The translations under genes and the position numbers were made by a program. From NCBI GenBank assembly GCA_004431415.1, contig QPMI01000514.1:186001-250000 (forward strand): a stretch of DNA of 64,000 bases. The letters run 5' to 3'. Shown piece after piece: positions 23,393 through 35,900 of the stretch (positions are counted from its first letter, which is position 1; each line of letters opens with the position of its first letter). The DNA is from Cyanophora paradoxa CCMP329. Lineage: Eukaryota > Plantae > Glaucophyta. Under the pieces are notes generated by a model, which was not told the origin of the DNA, searched no databases, and saw nothing but the letters and a program-made list of their open reading frames with translations.

Positions 23393-24175
23393 TCAGAGAT
23401 CGGAGCTCGCGATCGAAGGAAGCTGGTCGGCGGAGGGCAAGGTCGGGGACTGGTTTTGCGAGCCAGATTCGGATCCGGATCCGGAGCCGGAGCCGGATCC
23501 GGAGCCGGAGCCGAAGTCGGATGAGAAGACGTTGACTGGAGAGTCGGCCGCGCGGCCGGACATACTGGAGGAGCGCAGAATAACCTCCATGGCCAGCTGC
23601 TGGTTCCGTGCCGAGAGAGCCGCGATTTCGCCTGCCTGGCGCTGAATGGTGGCCTGCTGGCCAGAGCCCATTGCCATCAGATCGCGAACCATGCCGCGGA
23701 GGGACTCGATTTCGCGAGCCTGGCTAATGATCGCGGCTTGCTGGAGTTGGAAAGCGGGGAGCGCGGCGGGCTGCAGCGCGGCGCCGGCGGCGGCGCGGGG
23801 GCCGATCGGGACGGGCGGTGCTGACCACGCCGCAGGCGGTGCATTCGCGGCGGCGACGAATGGGAAGGTCTGCGAAGGGGCGGACGAGGGGCGATCGCGA
23901 GAAAGAACCGTGGATTTTTCAGGCATGGTTGCAATTGGAGCCATCGAAGAGGACGACTGTAGCGTGGCGCCGGAGGCAATCGCAAGCGGATGGCCGGCGC
24001 CGGCGCTTGCTTTGGGGCCGTGGCCATTTTCTGCAAGCTTGACCCGCATCGCTGCTCTCGCTGCCCGGGCTGGAGCCGTGAACTGGCGGCGAATGTCTGA
24101 AATTACGCCATGACCGCGCTTGTGGGAGCGGCGTCGAAATCCGACCTCAGGTATCGCAGGCTCGTGCAACGACAT
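23393..24175 (-). CDS. Intronless 260-aa orphan with a coiled coil and Gly-Ser repeat
   Basis: Uninterrupted ATG-to-stop ORF, TATA-like motif near 24321-24326, AT-rich 3' flank; heptad-like QAREIESLRGMVRDLM...IAALSARNQQLAMEV. Confidence 0.6.
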   Translation of the reverse strand: MSLHEPAIPEVGFRRRSHKRGHGVISDIRRQFTAPARAARAAMRVKLAENGHGPKASAGAGHPLAIASGATLQSSSSMAPIATMPEKSTVLSRDRPSSAPSQTFPFVAAANAPPAAWSAPPVPIGPRAAAGAALQPAALPAFQLQQAAIISQAREIESLRGMVRDLMAMGSGQQATIQRQAGEIAALSARNQQLAMEVILRSSSMSGRAADSPVNVFSSDFGSGSGSGSGSGSGSESGSQNQSPTLPSADQLPSIASSDL

Positions 24176-24471
24176 CTGGCCGAGAAATTTGCGGGAGGAG
24201 GAATCGAAGAGAGAAATTCAACGAGAGCTCGAGCTCGAGGGGAGTGGCCTTGGGCCGGGCCGGTCGGACTCGGGAGGGGAGAACGATCTACTAGCTACTT
24301 CCATAGTGCTCGAGTTTGATCTATATGCCATGATGTACATTCCGGTGATCCTCTTCTTCTCGGCCAATATTTTTCTCTGCCTTCCCTTTTAAAATTAGCT
24401 CGCCCGCGCGGGCCAGAAAGCGTTCCTATGCCTGGAAGATTGTACATGCACATGGGCCGACGATGCGGGTG

Positions 24472-25747
24472 CTAGGATCCGGAATTCGAAGGCGGCGCTT
24501 CCTCGAAGTCCCCCCTGTAGTGGCGCCACGCATCCGAGTACTCCATGACCCGCGCGACCTTTCGGGGGATCAGATCAGATCAGGTTGATCTGATCATGAT
24601 CTGAGCGCGCGCTTGCCTCGTCGACGGCGCCCTCGCTTAAGCCGGCGCGGCGCAGAAGGTGAAGCCCAAGCTCCATCCCTGACCGCGAGAACTCAAGGCC
24701 AGGCAAAAATATAGAGGGGGATAGGGAAGAGGACGGAGGGGGTACCGGATGCGATGCCGCCGGCGGTGATGACACGGCCGGCGTCGACGACGCGGCGGCG
24801 GCTGATGACGGCGCGCGGGGCGATCTCGGCGAGCCGCTCGATGGGGACCTGCGCGCGCGTGGCCGCGCCTCGGATCGAATGTTCTGGAGTGGGGTGCACG
24901 TGGGGGGTGGGGCGGGGGGAGGGGCGGGGCGGGGGGGGGGGGGGGGGGGGGGGCGGGCGGGCCTTCCCGAAGCTGCTCTTCTCGATGTTGTCGGCCTCCT
25001 TCCGGTTCGTGGCGGGGAGGCCGTCCAGCAGCCCCATCTGACGGGCCCCGCGCTCGTCAATTCTGCCAGAGGCAAGTCCTACTTCGCGTGGCGCCGGCGA
25101 ACCTTTCCGTAGACCCACGATCCCGTACAGACGGAGGTGAGGAGCGTGTCCGCGGGAAGACTGCCAAGGGCCGCTGATCAGCAGTGCCGCGGCGCGCGGC
25201 GGCGTCCTAGCACGAGCTCGAGGGTCCGACCTTCGGACAAAGTCGTGCAAGCGGGTGTTGTGCATCTCCTGCCGCGTGCCGAAGCCGCCTGGCGACGGAA
25301 GTGCGCTGATGATCAGCATGTGTTCGTGTACGTGCACGAGCTCGCCATTGAGCTTGGGACGCACCGGGGATAAGAAACGCGTCCATGGCGGGCCGATCCG
25401 CGAAGGAATAGTTCGGAAGGACCTGCGAGCGCGGGGCGGCGCATTCGCTTACATCACGCTTGCGCAGATCTAGCCCGCGAGGGAAGCGCACCGTGAAGCC
25501 GGCCTGCGCCTGGACTGGCCTCATGGCGTCCGCGACGAAGAACGCGTCCAGCTCGGGATTCGAGCGCCGCGCCACCGAGAAGACGCCTGCGACGGTCGAG
25601 TAAGCTTCTGCGAGGCAGCGCGCAGCGACGTCGACGTATGCATGCACCGTACGGCGCCGCAAAGTCAATGACCTCGGCGTCCTTGAAAATGTACACGCCG
25701 AGCCGGAAGCCGGCCTTGATCCTCCTCGCCGCAACAGGAGCCGCCAT
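24472..25747 (-). CDS. DJ-1/PfpI family protein (ThiJ/InhA-like), multi-exon
   Basis: LGVYIFKDAEVIDFAAPY|GVFSVARR...QAQAGFT|VLPNYSFADRPAMDAFLIP|GGFGTRQE; nucleophile elbow TSVCTGS; GLLDGLPAT; RVVDAGRVITAGGIASGMELGLHL; last exon VARVMEY...SNSGS*. Confidence 0.92.
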
Positions 25748-25824
25748 TCAGGAGCGCAGCAGGAGCCGCAGCTACGCGGAACGAGACCCGACCGTCACCG
25801 GCCCGGGTACAGCCTTTAGCTCCG
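25748..25824. promoter_or_regulatory. 77-bp divergent intergenic region (candidate bidirectional promoter) between DJ-1 and RecD2
   Basis: ATG at 25747 (-) and ATG at 25825 (+). Confidence 0.5.
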
Positions 25825-28800
25825 ATGTTTGCCGCTGGGGCCGCCGCGCTCGTGGCGGGGTCGCCGGCCGCGCAGGCTGAGCCTCTGTACGCGCTCGGGA
25901 GCTCCGGCCTTGTCGACGAGCTCCGGCGGCAGCGCCGCTCGATTGCGGGAGCAAATCCGTCGGGGGCAGCCGGGGGCCTCGCATGGAGCGCGACGCGTAA
26001 GCTATGCGGCGAGCGCTCGCTCCAGAGGCGCTGGGTGGGCTCGCGCGGCGCTTCCTTCGCTTCCCCCGTCTGTGCAAGCGACGGAAGCGGAGCCACGCGG
26101 CGTCCGATGCCGGAGTTCGTCCGCAAGCGCTGGATCGACGAGAAGATCCGCACCCGCGCTGCCGCTGCAGCCGGGGACGGCGCTGGAGACGCCTCGGCGA
26201 CCGGAGCGGCGGGGGAGCAGCAGCAGCCGGCGGGGCAGCAGCGAGCCGAGGGATCGGCGCGCGCTCCGGGCTCGGGTACGAGCTCGCGCTGGGACGGGGA
26301 CGCGGACGCCGCGGAGGACGCTGATCTGTCCGCGTACGACTCTGTCGATCTCGACCTGCACGTCGGCGGGGGCGCGGAGGAGGAGGAGCTGCGGCCGGCG
26401 CTCGACGTGCAAGCCGTGCTCGCGGAGCTGCGGCGTCCGGCCGCATCGTCGGCAGCGTCCGCGGGCGAGGGCGACGGATCAAATTCGGATGGGGGCGGGG
26501 ATTCGAATTCGAAGGCGGTGAGCATCACGCAGGCGATCGGGATGGAGACAGCCTGGCTCGAGGGCGTCGTCGAGTCGATACGCTTCCACGCGCCAGACAG
26601 CGGTCCGCCCGCCGCCGCCTCCGCGCCGGCCTTCGAGTCTCCTTCTCATTCGGAATCTCATCCCTGCCCGGCGCAGGCTACACGGCGTTCGACGTTCGGG
26701 TGCAGCGGTGCATGGAGAAGGCGTGGTACGACCAGGAGGTGATCACGGCGACGGGAACGTTCCCCTTCCTCAGCGTCGGCCAGACGCTCATCATGGCCGG
26801 CTGGTGGCGCACGCACGCGCGCTACGGGGCCCAGTTCAAGGCGCGGGGGGCCCCTCTCCTGCGCGGGCGGGCGGGGGCCGGGGGCGAGGGTGCGGGCAGG
26901 TGGAGCGGTGGGAGGAGACGCGGCCGGCCGACCTGACGGGCCTCGAGCGCTACCTCGCCTCCGGCCTCATCAAGGGCCCGCCCCGGCCCCCGCGCCCCCG
27001 CGCCCCCGCGCGCCGGCGCCTGAGCGGGGGGCAGGGATCGGCCCGCGGACTGCGCGGCGGATCGTGCAGAAGCTCGGCATGGACACGATGCGCGCCATCG
27101 AGGAGGAGCCGCGCCTCCTCGAGCGCGTGCGCCCCCCGCCCCCCCGCAGCGGCGCGCCGTCCTCTGAGTGCGCCGGGCGGCGGGGTACCCAGGTGGAGGG
27201 CATCGGGCGGAAAAAGGCGGAGCAGATCTCTGAGACGTGGAAGGCCCAGCGGGGGGTCAAGGACGTCATGCAGTTCCTCCTGGTACCCCCCCCCCCATCC
27301 CCTCCGCCCCCCCCCCCCGAACGACTGCGCAGAGGCACGGCGTGGGCGTGGGGACGGCGGTGCGGATCTACAAGGTCAGCGGGCTGGCCGGGACGCCGCG
27401 CCCCGGCCGGGGCTGAGCGGCGCGCAGGCGTACACGACGTCGGAGGACCCGGGCCCCGCCGGAGCCGAGCCCGGCGCCCGCGTCGCCAAGGCCGGCCACC
27501 GCGACGTCATCTCCGTCATCTGCGAGAACCCGTACAGGCGCTCAAAACCCGCCGGGAGCATTTCCCGGCCACTGCTGACGTGCCCTGGCAGGCTTGCGGA
27601 GGAGGTGCGGGGGGTAGGCTTCCAGACGGCGGACGCCATCGCCCGCTCGCTCGGCGTACCCCTCTCCTCCCCGTACCGCTACCGCGCGGCCATTACGCAC
27701 GCCCTTAGGAAGGTACTCGTACCCCCGCTACCTTCTTTCTTGTATCCCCCGAGCGGGCTGCAGGCGGCAGAGACGGACGGTCACTGCTACCTACCCCTCT
27801 CCGAGCTCCTCAAGGCCACGGTGCGCCCCGTACCCTCCGGGGCCGACGCTTATCGTGTACCCCCGCTCCTGGAGAGGGGGCTGATGCCGGATGCAGGAGA
27901 AGATCCTTTCGGTCGCGGCGGACGCCCCGCCGGCACCCCCTCAGGACACCGACGAGGCCGAGCTCGAGCCGGGTAGCCCCGAGGCGCCCCCCCCGCTCGA
28001 GGAGGAGTACGTACCCGGCGCCCGCGACGTCGCGTTCTCCCCGAACCCCGTGGACCTGCGGCGGTACCCGCCCCCATCCCGCCTCCCCGCAACCCCTCTC
28101 ATCGCCACCGAAGGGCCCTGGCGCGCATGCAGAAGGTCCTCTATCCCCCGAGCACCCGTCCTGCTCCCTCCCCCGCCCCACCTCTGAACGCCGGGCTCGG
28201 GTGCAGGCGAGCGAGATCAAGGCGGTGGACGCGCGCCTGGTGCGGGCCGCCGCAGAGCTGCCCCCGGGCACCAGCCCCAAGGAGGCCGCGGTGCACCCCC
28301 CCGCGCAATCGCGATCGCGGCGCGCGAGAGCTTGCCCGCTCAGCGCGTACCCCCCCGACCCCGCAGGCGCCGGAGGGCCCCCCCAGCGACGATGATACGC
28401 TGCTGTACATGCCGGCCTTCTACCGCGCCGAGGTGCCGCACCCGCGCGAGCTCCTGTACCCCCGCAGACCCGGGGGCTCAAGGGGCCGGGGCGCAGGTCG
28501 GGCTGGCGTCGAAGCTGCAGGGGCTCCTGAGCCACCGCGCCGGCGCCGCGCCCGCCCAGCGCACCCAGGAGTGGCTGCGGGGGTACGAGGAGCGGGTGCG
28601 CCCCGCCGCAGCTGTTCCGCGTGTAGCCCCCCTCAACTTCCTCCCCCTTGCGCGGGGCAGGCGCGGCTGGAGCTCTCGGAGCAGCAGCGCGAGGCCGTGC
28701 GGCAGGCGCGCGCCCCTCCCCCTCTCCCCGCCCCCCGCCCTCCACCGCTCCCGACCCTCCCGGCTCCTCAGGCCGCAACCGAGAGCGTGTTGATCGTGAC

Positions 28801-31800
28801 CGGCGGCCCGGGCTGCGGCAAGGTCGGGCCCCGTGCCCTCCCCCCCTCCCCCGCCGCTCCCGCTTGACCGCCTTCTGTACCCGCCAGACCTTCACGACGC
28901 GCGTCATCGTGTCGCTGTGGCAATCGATGGGGCTCGTGCGCGCCTCCCTCCTACCCCTCCCCCCGCCTCCGCAGCCCAACGCGGACGCCCCCGCCCTCTC
29001 GAGTAGCGCGTGGCGCTGGCGGCGCCGACGGGGCGGGCGGCTCAGCGGCTCGGGGAGCTCAGCGGGGACGAGGCGAAGACGATCCACCGCCTCCTCGAGT
29101 GCGCGGCGCACGCGCCAGAGCCGAGGGCGGGGCCACGCGAGGGCGGCTCCGTTCCGCCGTCTGCGACCGCCCTGAGGCCGGGGCGGGGGCCTCGCGTTCG
29201 CGCAGGTACGACCCGCGGCACCGGCGCTTCCGGCGCACCGACTTCGAGCCGCTGGACTTCGACGCCGTCGTCGTCGACGAGTGCGGGCGGCCCCGGCTCG
29301 ACTCCGGCCGGGGCCGCCTCGTCCTGAGCGGGGGGCAGGTCGTCGATGGTGGACCTCTTCCTCGCGAACGCGCTGCTGCGCGCCTGCGCGGCGGGCACGC
29401 GCCTCCTGCTCGTCGGCGACGTCGACCAGCTCCCCTCGTGCGCCCCGCCGGCCCCCCGGCGCTGCGCCGCCCGCTGACCCCGCCGGCAGCGTGGGCCCCG
29501 GGCGCGTCTTCGGCGAGCTCTGCGACTCCCGCCTCCTCCCCGTCGTCCGCCTGACCCACGTGCGCCCGCTTGGTCCCCGCCTCCCACCCACCCCCTCCCG
29601 CCCTGAAATCCCTGCACCCCAGATCTTCCGCCAAGCCGAGCGCTCCCGGATCGTCACCAGCGCGCACGCCATCAACAGGGGTACGCGGCTTCAGTCCCTT
29701 GAGCAAAGACAAGCGCCTCGGCTCCGGCCTCGTCTGCGCCGGACTGACAGGAGTGCAGGGGAGCTGCCTGCGCTGGACGCGCTGCCGCGGGGCGCGGGGG
29801 CGGCCGCCGGCCTCCCCTCCGACTGCGTCTGGCGCGACGAGGAGGCGCCCCCCTGCAGCCCCCCCCCCCCCCCCCCCCCCCCCCTCACGCGAACCCCCCG
29901 CAGGACGGGGCGCGGATCATCGAGGCGCTGCAGGAGCTCTGCCTGCGCACGCTGCCCGCCCTCGACTTCGAGCCCCGCCGCGACTTCCAGGTCCGCTGTA
30001 CCCTCCGACGCCCTCCCCGGCCCCGCCCCGGGCCGCCCGTGACGCACGGCGGGGCGCGCGCGCGCAGGTGCTGGCGCCGACGGTGAAGGGCCCGCTGGGC
30101 GTCCGCAACCTCAACACCGTCATCCAGGTCCGCGCGGCCCGCCGAACCACACACGCCACGCCAGCCATGGCAACTCTAGCCCCCGCCCCCGCCCCACGAA
30201 TCATCTTTCTGGTGCTCGGCCTGTCGGGGCGGAGGCTGAGGGCGCGGGGCGGGCGCAGGAGACGCTGAACCCCGCGCGGCCATTCCTGGGGGAGCTGACC
30301 TTCGCGGGGACGACCTTCCGCGTGGGCGACCGCGTCATACACACCGTCCGCCCCGCCCGCGCCCCGCCGCGCCGGGGCCCCTCTGCTGCTGCGGGCCCCG
30401 CTCGTCTCAGAGTGCGCGGCTGTCTTCGCAGGTGAACGACTACGACAAGGAGGTCTTCAACGGCGACATGGGCGTCGTCGACGGCATCCTCTCCGACGTC
30501 CGCCCCGCCCCGCCCCGCTTTGCTCGCCGGCGCTGCGCCTCGCCCCCGCGCTGACGGGGCGCCGGGGGGCAGGCCAACGGCAACCAGATCGTGACCGTGC
30601 GCTACCCCTCCGTGACCTCCGACCAGCGCTCCAAGCACGGCGCCGTGCGCCCGCCCCGCCCCGCCCCGCCCCGCCCCGCCCCGGAGGCCCACCGCCGTGC
30701 CGGGGCGCAGGAGCGGCTCGTGGAGTACGAGGCGGGGGACCTCGACGAGCTCCAGCTCGCCTGGGCCATCTCCATACAGTCCGCCCCCCCCCCCCCCTCG
30801 TCCACGCGGGGAGGGCTACAGGAGCCTCCCCGTCTGAGTGTCCCGCAGCAAGTCGCAGGGGAGCGAGTACCCCGCCGTCGGCCTTATCCTGCACCCCTCC
30901 CACTACATCCTGGTACCCAATTTCCCGACTTCGCCTCTACCCCTATGCCTCGCTGACTGTACCCCCTGCCTCCAGCTCACCCGGAACCTTTTCTACACCG
31001 CCCTGACTCGAGCCCGCGAGCTCGCGCTCCTCCTAGGACCCTCCCGCGCCCTCGAGACGGCCGTCCGCCGGTTCGCGCCGCCTGCGAGCCCCGCCTTGTG
31101 TCTTGGGCGACCGTTCCTCCGCCTCGTACCCCGGTAGGACGACCGATCGCCGGCGCTTCACGCTCCTCGCGGACCGCCTCCGCGCCACCGGCCTTCTCCC
31201 CGAGTGCGCCGTACCCCCTCCCCTCTACCCCCCCCCCACACCCCCTTTTCCAACGGGGCGCCGCAGGCGGCCCTTCGACGTGCACTCGAGCCCCGGCTCG
31301 GCGGCGCGGGCGTTCGCCGCAGCCGGCGGCTGGGACGCCTCCAAGGCCGGCGCGCCCTCCGCGGCGCCCGGGCCGGCGCCCCCGCAAGAGGACGCCGCCA
31401 GGCTCGCGGCGACCGTACCCGGCGCCACCTTCGTGCCCGCCCCTGCCCCCGCCCCTGCCCCGCCCCGCCCCCGCCCCGTCCCCGCCCCCGCCGCCCCGCG
31501 GCCGGCGCCTGCGCCGAAACACAAGGCGCCGGCGCCGCCCATCGAAGCGGACCCGAAGTACATGCGCATGCGGTGGGTAGCAAAGAAACCGGACGCCGAC
31601 ACGCCCTGGACCCGGTACCCAGACCTCAACCAATCATTCTCTCGCTTTTCGGTTACATTGTTTTTCAGGACGGCCAAAGCGCGCGAGGGGGGCGTGACGG
31701 ACGAGGGCACCCTTGACGCTATCCTGTCCGGGGTACCGTCCCTACGGAGCTGTACCCCGCACCCGATTCAGCTCAGGGACGCGCAGGCGCCCGTGGACGA

Positions 31801-32050
31801 TTCGTTGTTGGAGGCGGAGGGGGGTACGGATCCGCTGGACCTGGGGGCGGGGCCCGACGCCGCGCTTGTGGAGGGCGGGCCCGCCGGCCCGGACGGACCC
31901 GAGGCCCCGGGGGTAGAGGATTTTCCCCCCGACGTCGACGCCCCCGGCGAGGCGGAGGTGGGGCTACCCCCCATCGATCCCCTGGACCTGGGGGCGGAGG
32001 GGGGTACGGGGGCCGGGGCCCTCGACGAGCTCGATGAGCCGCCCTTCTGA
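25825..32050 (+). CDS. recD2: RecD2 (SF1B, RecD/TraA family) DNA helicase with N-terminal extension (putative plastid transit peptide) and acidic tail; multi-exon
   Basis: LEGVVESIRFHAPDS|GYT; HARYGAQFK; RYLASGLIKGIGPRTARRIV (HhH); ENPYRLAEEVRGVGFQTADAIA; Walker A TGGPGCGK|T; LAAPTGRAAQRL; AKTIHRLLE; Walker B VVVDE|SSM; LVGDVDQLPS|VGPG; IFRQA; FRVGDRVI; VFNGDMG; LAWAISIH|KSQGSEY; RNLFYTALTRA. Confidence 0.95.
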
Positions 32051-32925
32051 GGGGCGCCCGCGGTGCCCGCCTCCCGAGTCTGTACCCCCCCTCTCCGGCC
32101 CGATCCCCGTTCTCGGGCCTGGCCATCTCGAGCCTTCCCCCCGCTCCCCTTTCTTCCTTTGGCTCGATCTCAGCCCGTTCACCATCCTCCGAGTCCCTTC
32201 TTCAGTTTTCTAGTTCCCCCGGCCCCGCATCCGATCGGGCTGAGCAGGAATTCCAATGGAGCCACCTCCCTTCCAGTTGTCATTGAAACGACTTTAGTCA
32301 GTAACTGCCGGAAGGGACGGGGGCCGCGTTGGCAGATGTACTAGTGGACCGGATCCCCGGATTTCCAAGCGGGGCCCGCGCAAAGAACTCGAGTCTGTAG
32401 CTAGATCTAAAATCAGAATATTAATACATACACCCTGCATGCATGCGCAGCTGCCCTAGCTATAGCTATAGGCCCTGGCATCAGGTCCACGTCCCTGCCC
32501 CGGGCCCGTAGATCGAGAGATCGATATCCAGGTTTCCGCATCTAGATCTGCGCATATGCATGCATGCTCCCTACTCCGCATCCTTTCACAAAGAGAACTT
32601 CAAGGCTTATGATGAATGAATTTCGAAGCGCTAGCCACATTTACATCTTACAAGTAAAATACTGTCTGTTACGTATCTGCTAGGCTGATACTCATAAGCC
32701 TTCCAGTCGTAAAGAATAGTGTTGCAATATATTAATTGCAATAGCAAACTAACTATCAGAGTCGAAGGGACGCACGCATATGCATCGTTGCTCTGAGGAA
32801 AATGGCTCAATATGATTTCTATGCGCGGTTTGATCCTAACTGCCACAGAATAAAACCAATAGTACATCTTTTTCGCGCTCCAAAGCTAAGAGCTTTGCTA
32901 GAGTGGACGCGAGCGGGGCTGCCTC

Positions 32926-35900
32926 TCAGCACTCGCTGACTACTGTGCTGGTGTCCGCGCCGCTACGGGGCAGCTCGTCCAGGGGCAGGTTCTGCCCGAG
33001 CCACGCGACGCCCCCCACGTGCACCGGCAGCGCCGCCGGCGCCGGCGCCGGAGCCGGCACCGGGAGCGAGACGGGCGGGGGCAGCAGGACGACGGGCTCG
33101 GCGGCGGGGGCGGACGGGAGCGGCGCGCGCCGCGGCGAGGCGTCGACGGAGCGCGAGTGGGCGGTGGCGGGCGTGGCGGTCGCAGCGGCGGAGGTGTAGG
33201 CGTAAGCAGCGGCGAGCGCGGCGCCGGCCTCGCCCTCCGAGGCGGAGCCCTCGCCGCCGTCCCGCTCAGCAGTCTTCGGACGTGGCGGGAGCGTCCACCG
33301 GGCGGTTTCCGAGCGGCCGCGCGAGATGGACCACCGGTGGATCGACTGAGCGAGACGTAATTAGATTCGAGCGCATCGGCGGCCGCCGCCGCGGCCGCGG
33401 CTCGAGCCGGGGGCGGGGCGGGGCGGGGCGGCTAGGAGAGACGAGGGTCGGACCTGGGAGGACTTGCGGCCGCGCACGAGGTACGCCATCTGCTTGCCCT
33501 TGCCTGCCCCGCCCCGCCCCGCCGCGCCGTCAGTCGGACCCGGAGGAGAGTGCGCCCTGTTTGGGGCGCGCACCCTTGAGCTCGATGGGGCCCCTCTCCT
33601 CCACGTCGAACTTGTACCTGGCCGCCGGCGCGTCATCCCACGCCCGCGATCTCGCGCGCGCCGCAGGGGCCCCAGACACGAAGACACGAGGGCGCACTTG
33701 ACCTGCTCGTAGGTCGTGCTGGAGATCTGCACGCGGCCCGCCACGCCCCCCGACTCCATCCTGCAGGGCCCGGGGCCTCAGCGCTCGCGATCGCCCCTCC
33801 CGTCGCAATCGGACGAAACAAACCTCGCCGCCAGGTTGACGCAGTCGCCCTGCCGCCGCGCGTCACACGCAAAATGCCCGACGGCTCGTCGGCGCTGCGA
33901 GACGAATGGACGCACCCAGACGTCGAACATGAGCTTCTTCGTCCCGATGACCCCGCCCTGCAATCGCGCAGCGCGCTCGGGCACGGCTCGGAGGCCGGCC
34001 CGTGGGCGGGGGCGGGGGCGGGGGCGGGGGCGGGGGTGGGGGCGGGGGCGGGGCGGACGACGACGGAGCCGGTGTTGATGCCGACGCGGATGTCGAGGGG
34101 CAGCTCGAGCTCCCGCGCCAGCCCCCGCGTCGCCTCGATCGCCTCCAGCCCGAAGTCGATCTGCCGCCCCCGTCATCCCTCCCGCCCCGCGCGCTCAACC
34201 CTCCAGCTCGGGATCTCAGGTGAGCGCCCGCAGGCCGAACCATCGCCTCGGGCGATTTCGTCGTGAACATCTGCACGCCGGTTCGAGGTCGCCGTCAGAG
34301 ACGACCGCGAGCCGCCGTGGCGGCGTGGCGGCGCTGCGCGGCGCCTGGCGCATCGGTCTCGCGCACCATGACGGCGTCCCCGATCGACTTGACCTTCTCG
34401 AGCCCGTACCTGCGGGGCGCCATTCGGGTCCACTCCAACGGCGGCAGCGTCGCCGCGTTCGTTGCCGACGCGTTCCGTTAACGTCCCTCGCACCGCTCGT
34501 TGATCTCGTCGAAGACAGAAAACATTTACAAGGGGGCTCTAGTGGCTGGCCCGTCTGAGCCCCAAGTGCGGCGGGGGGCTCGTCTGGCCGTGGACACGGG
34601 CGGTCTTATCGGGGCCCGTCTGAAGGCCATGCCGCAGGTTTGCCCCATGGAGTGGGCATGATAGTTCCGCGCACCGCTCGTTGATCTCGTCGAAGACGGA
34701 GAACATGCGGTTCAGGAAGAAAACGACCTGGGCGGGCCGGGGCGGGGCGGGCCGGGGCGGCGTCGCAAGGGTCAACCGGAGGCGGATGGGGGCGCGAGCC
34801 CGCGGCCGACGCCGGCCCCATCGACGCCGGCGCACCTCCTGGGGCGTCATGCGCGACGCGAGCGTCGTGAACCCGACCTGCGCAGCGCGCGAATAGAATC
34901 CGTCGGAGGGGGACGAATCCCGAGCGGGGGGCGGGGCACGATGTCGGAGAAGAGGACGCTCGCGTTGTCGTACTCGTCCGCGATCGTCTGCCCCGCCCGT
35001 CAGCGGCCCCGGGCGACAACCGCAGGGCGAGGAGGGGCCCCGCCCGCCCGCTCGCCTTCTCGCCGCGCTTGAGGCGCTCGCAGATCGACTGCGGCAGAAT
35101 GCTGTAGAGGAGCTCGTCCGACCTGCGGGGGCGGGGCGGAGGCGGGGGCCTGTTAGCCTCCGATTGGACCACGCGGAGGCCGAGGAGGCCGTCGACGCCC
35201 TCCCCGGCTCCCGCACCGCTTCTTCTCGGCCTTGATGGTCTCCTCGTACCGCAGGCGGTCCGAGATGTCCCGCACTGCAGCCGCCGGCGGGGCGGGCGGG
35301 CGTCGCGATTGGCTCGCGATCAGCGGGCGGGGCGCAGATCTGGAGGGCGCGGGCGGACCGAAGAGGACCTGGAAGGTGCTCCCGGCGACGGAGCCCTCCC
35401 CCGTGCTGATCTGCCCCCGCCCTCAGCGCAGCGCCCGCCATCGCGCGAGACGGACTCGGGGGGGAGGGCGACGGGCCTGGACGGGGACCCGCGTGCCGTC
35501 GGGCCGCACGGCGAAGGCGCGGCCCCGGTGCTCCCCCGCCGGCGTCATGGGCTCCGCGTCCTCCGCGTCCCCCGGCGCTGAGCGCCTCCGCGAGCGGCGC
35601 CGGAGGCTGCGCGAAGCAGAGCGGAGCGAGCTCAGATGCAGAGACCAGTTCAGAGCAGGGCGCGGGAAGGTTGACCCCGAGCCCGAGAGGTGCGGTCTGG
35701 AGCCGCCCATGGCCGCTGCGGGGGGGAAGGCCTGGCGGGCGGGCGGTCAGCGTTCACGCTGCACTCCGCTCGGAGTCTAGATGGGGCCCGGCGCGCACGG
35801 TGCCGGAGGCCCTGCGCGCGATCTCGACGGCCGAGGCGCGGCGCCGCTCCGCCGCCGACTGGAAGTCGGGCAGCAGCTCGGTCACGTGCACCTGCCGCTC

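Noticed and set aside
24472-32050. Bacterial contamination or a prokaryotic operon (DJ-1 plus RecD2)
   Set aside because: Both genes carry many host-style spliceosomal introns and lie among eukaryotic genes.
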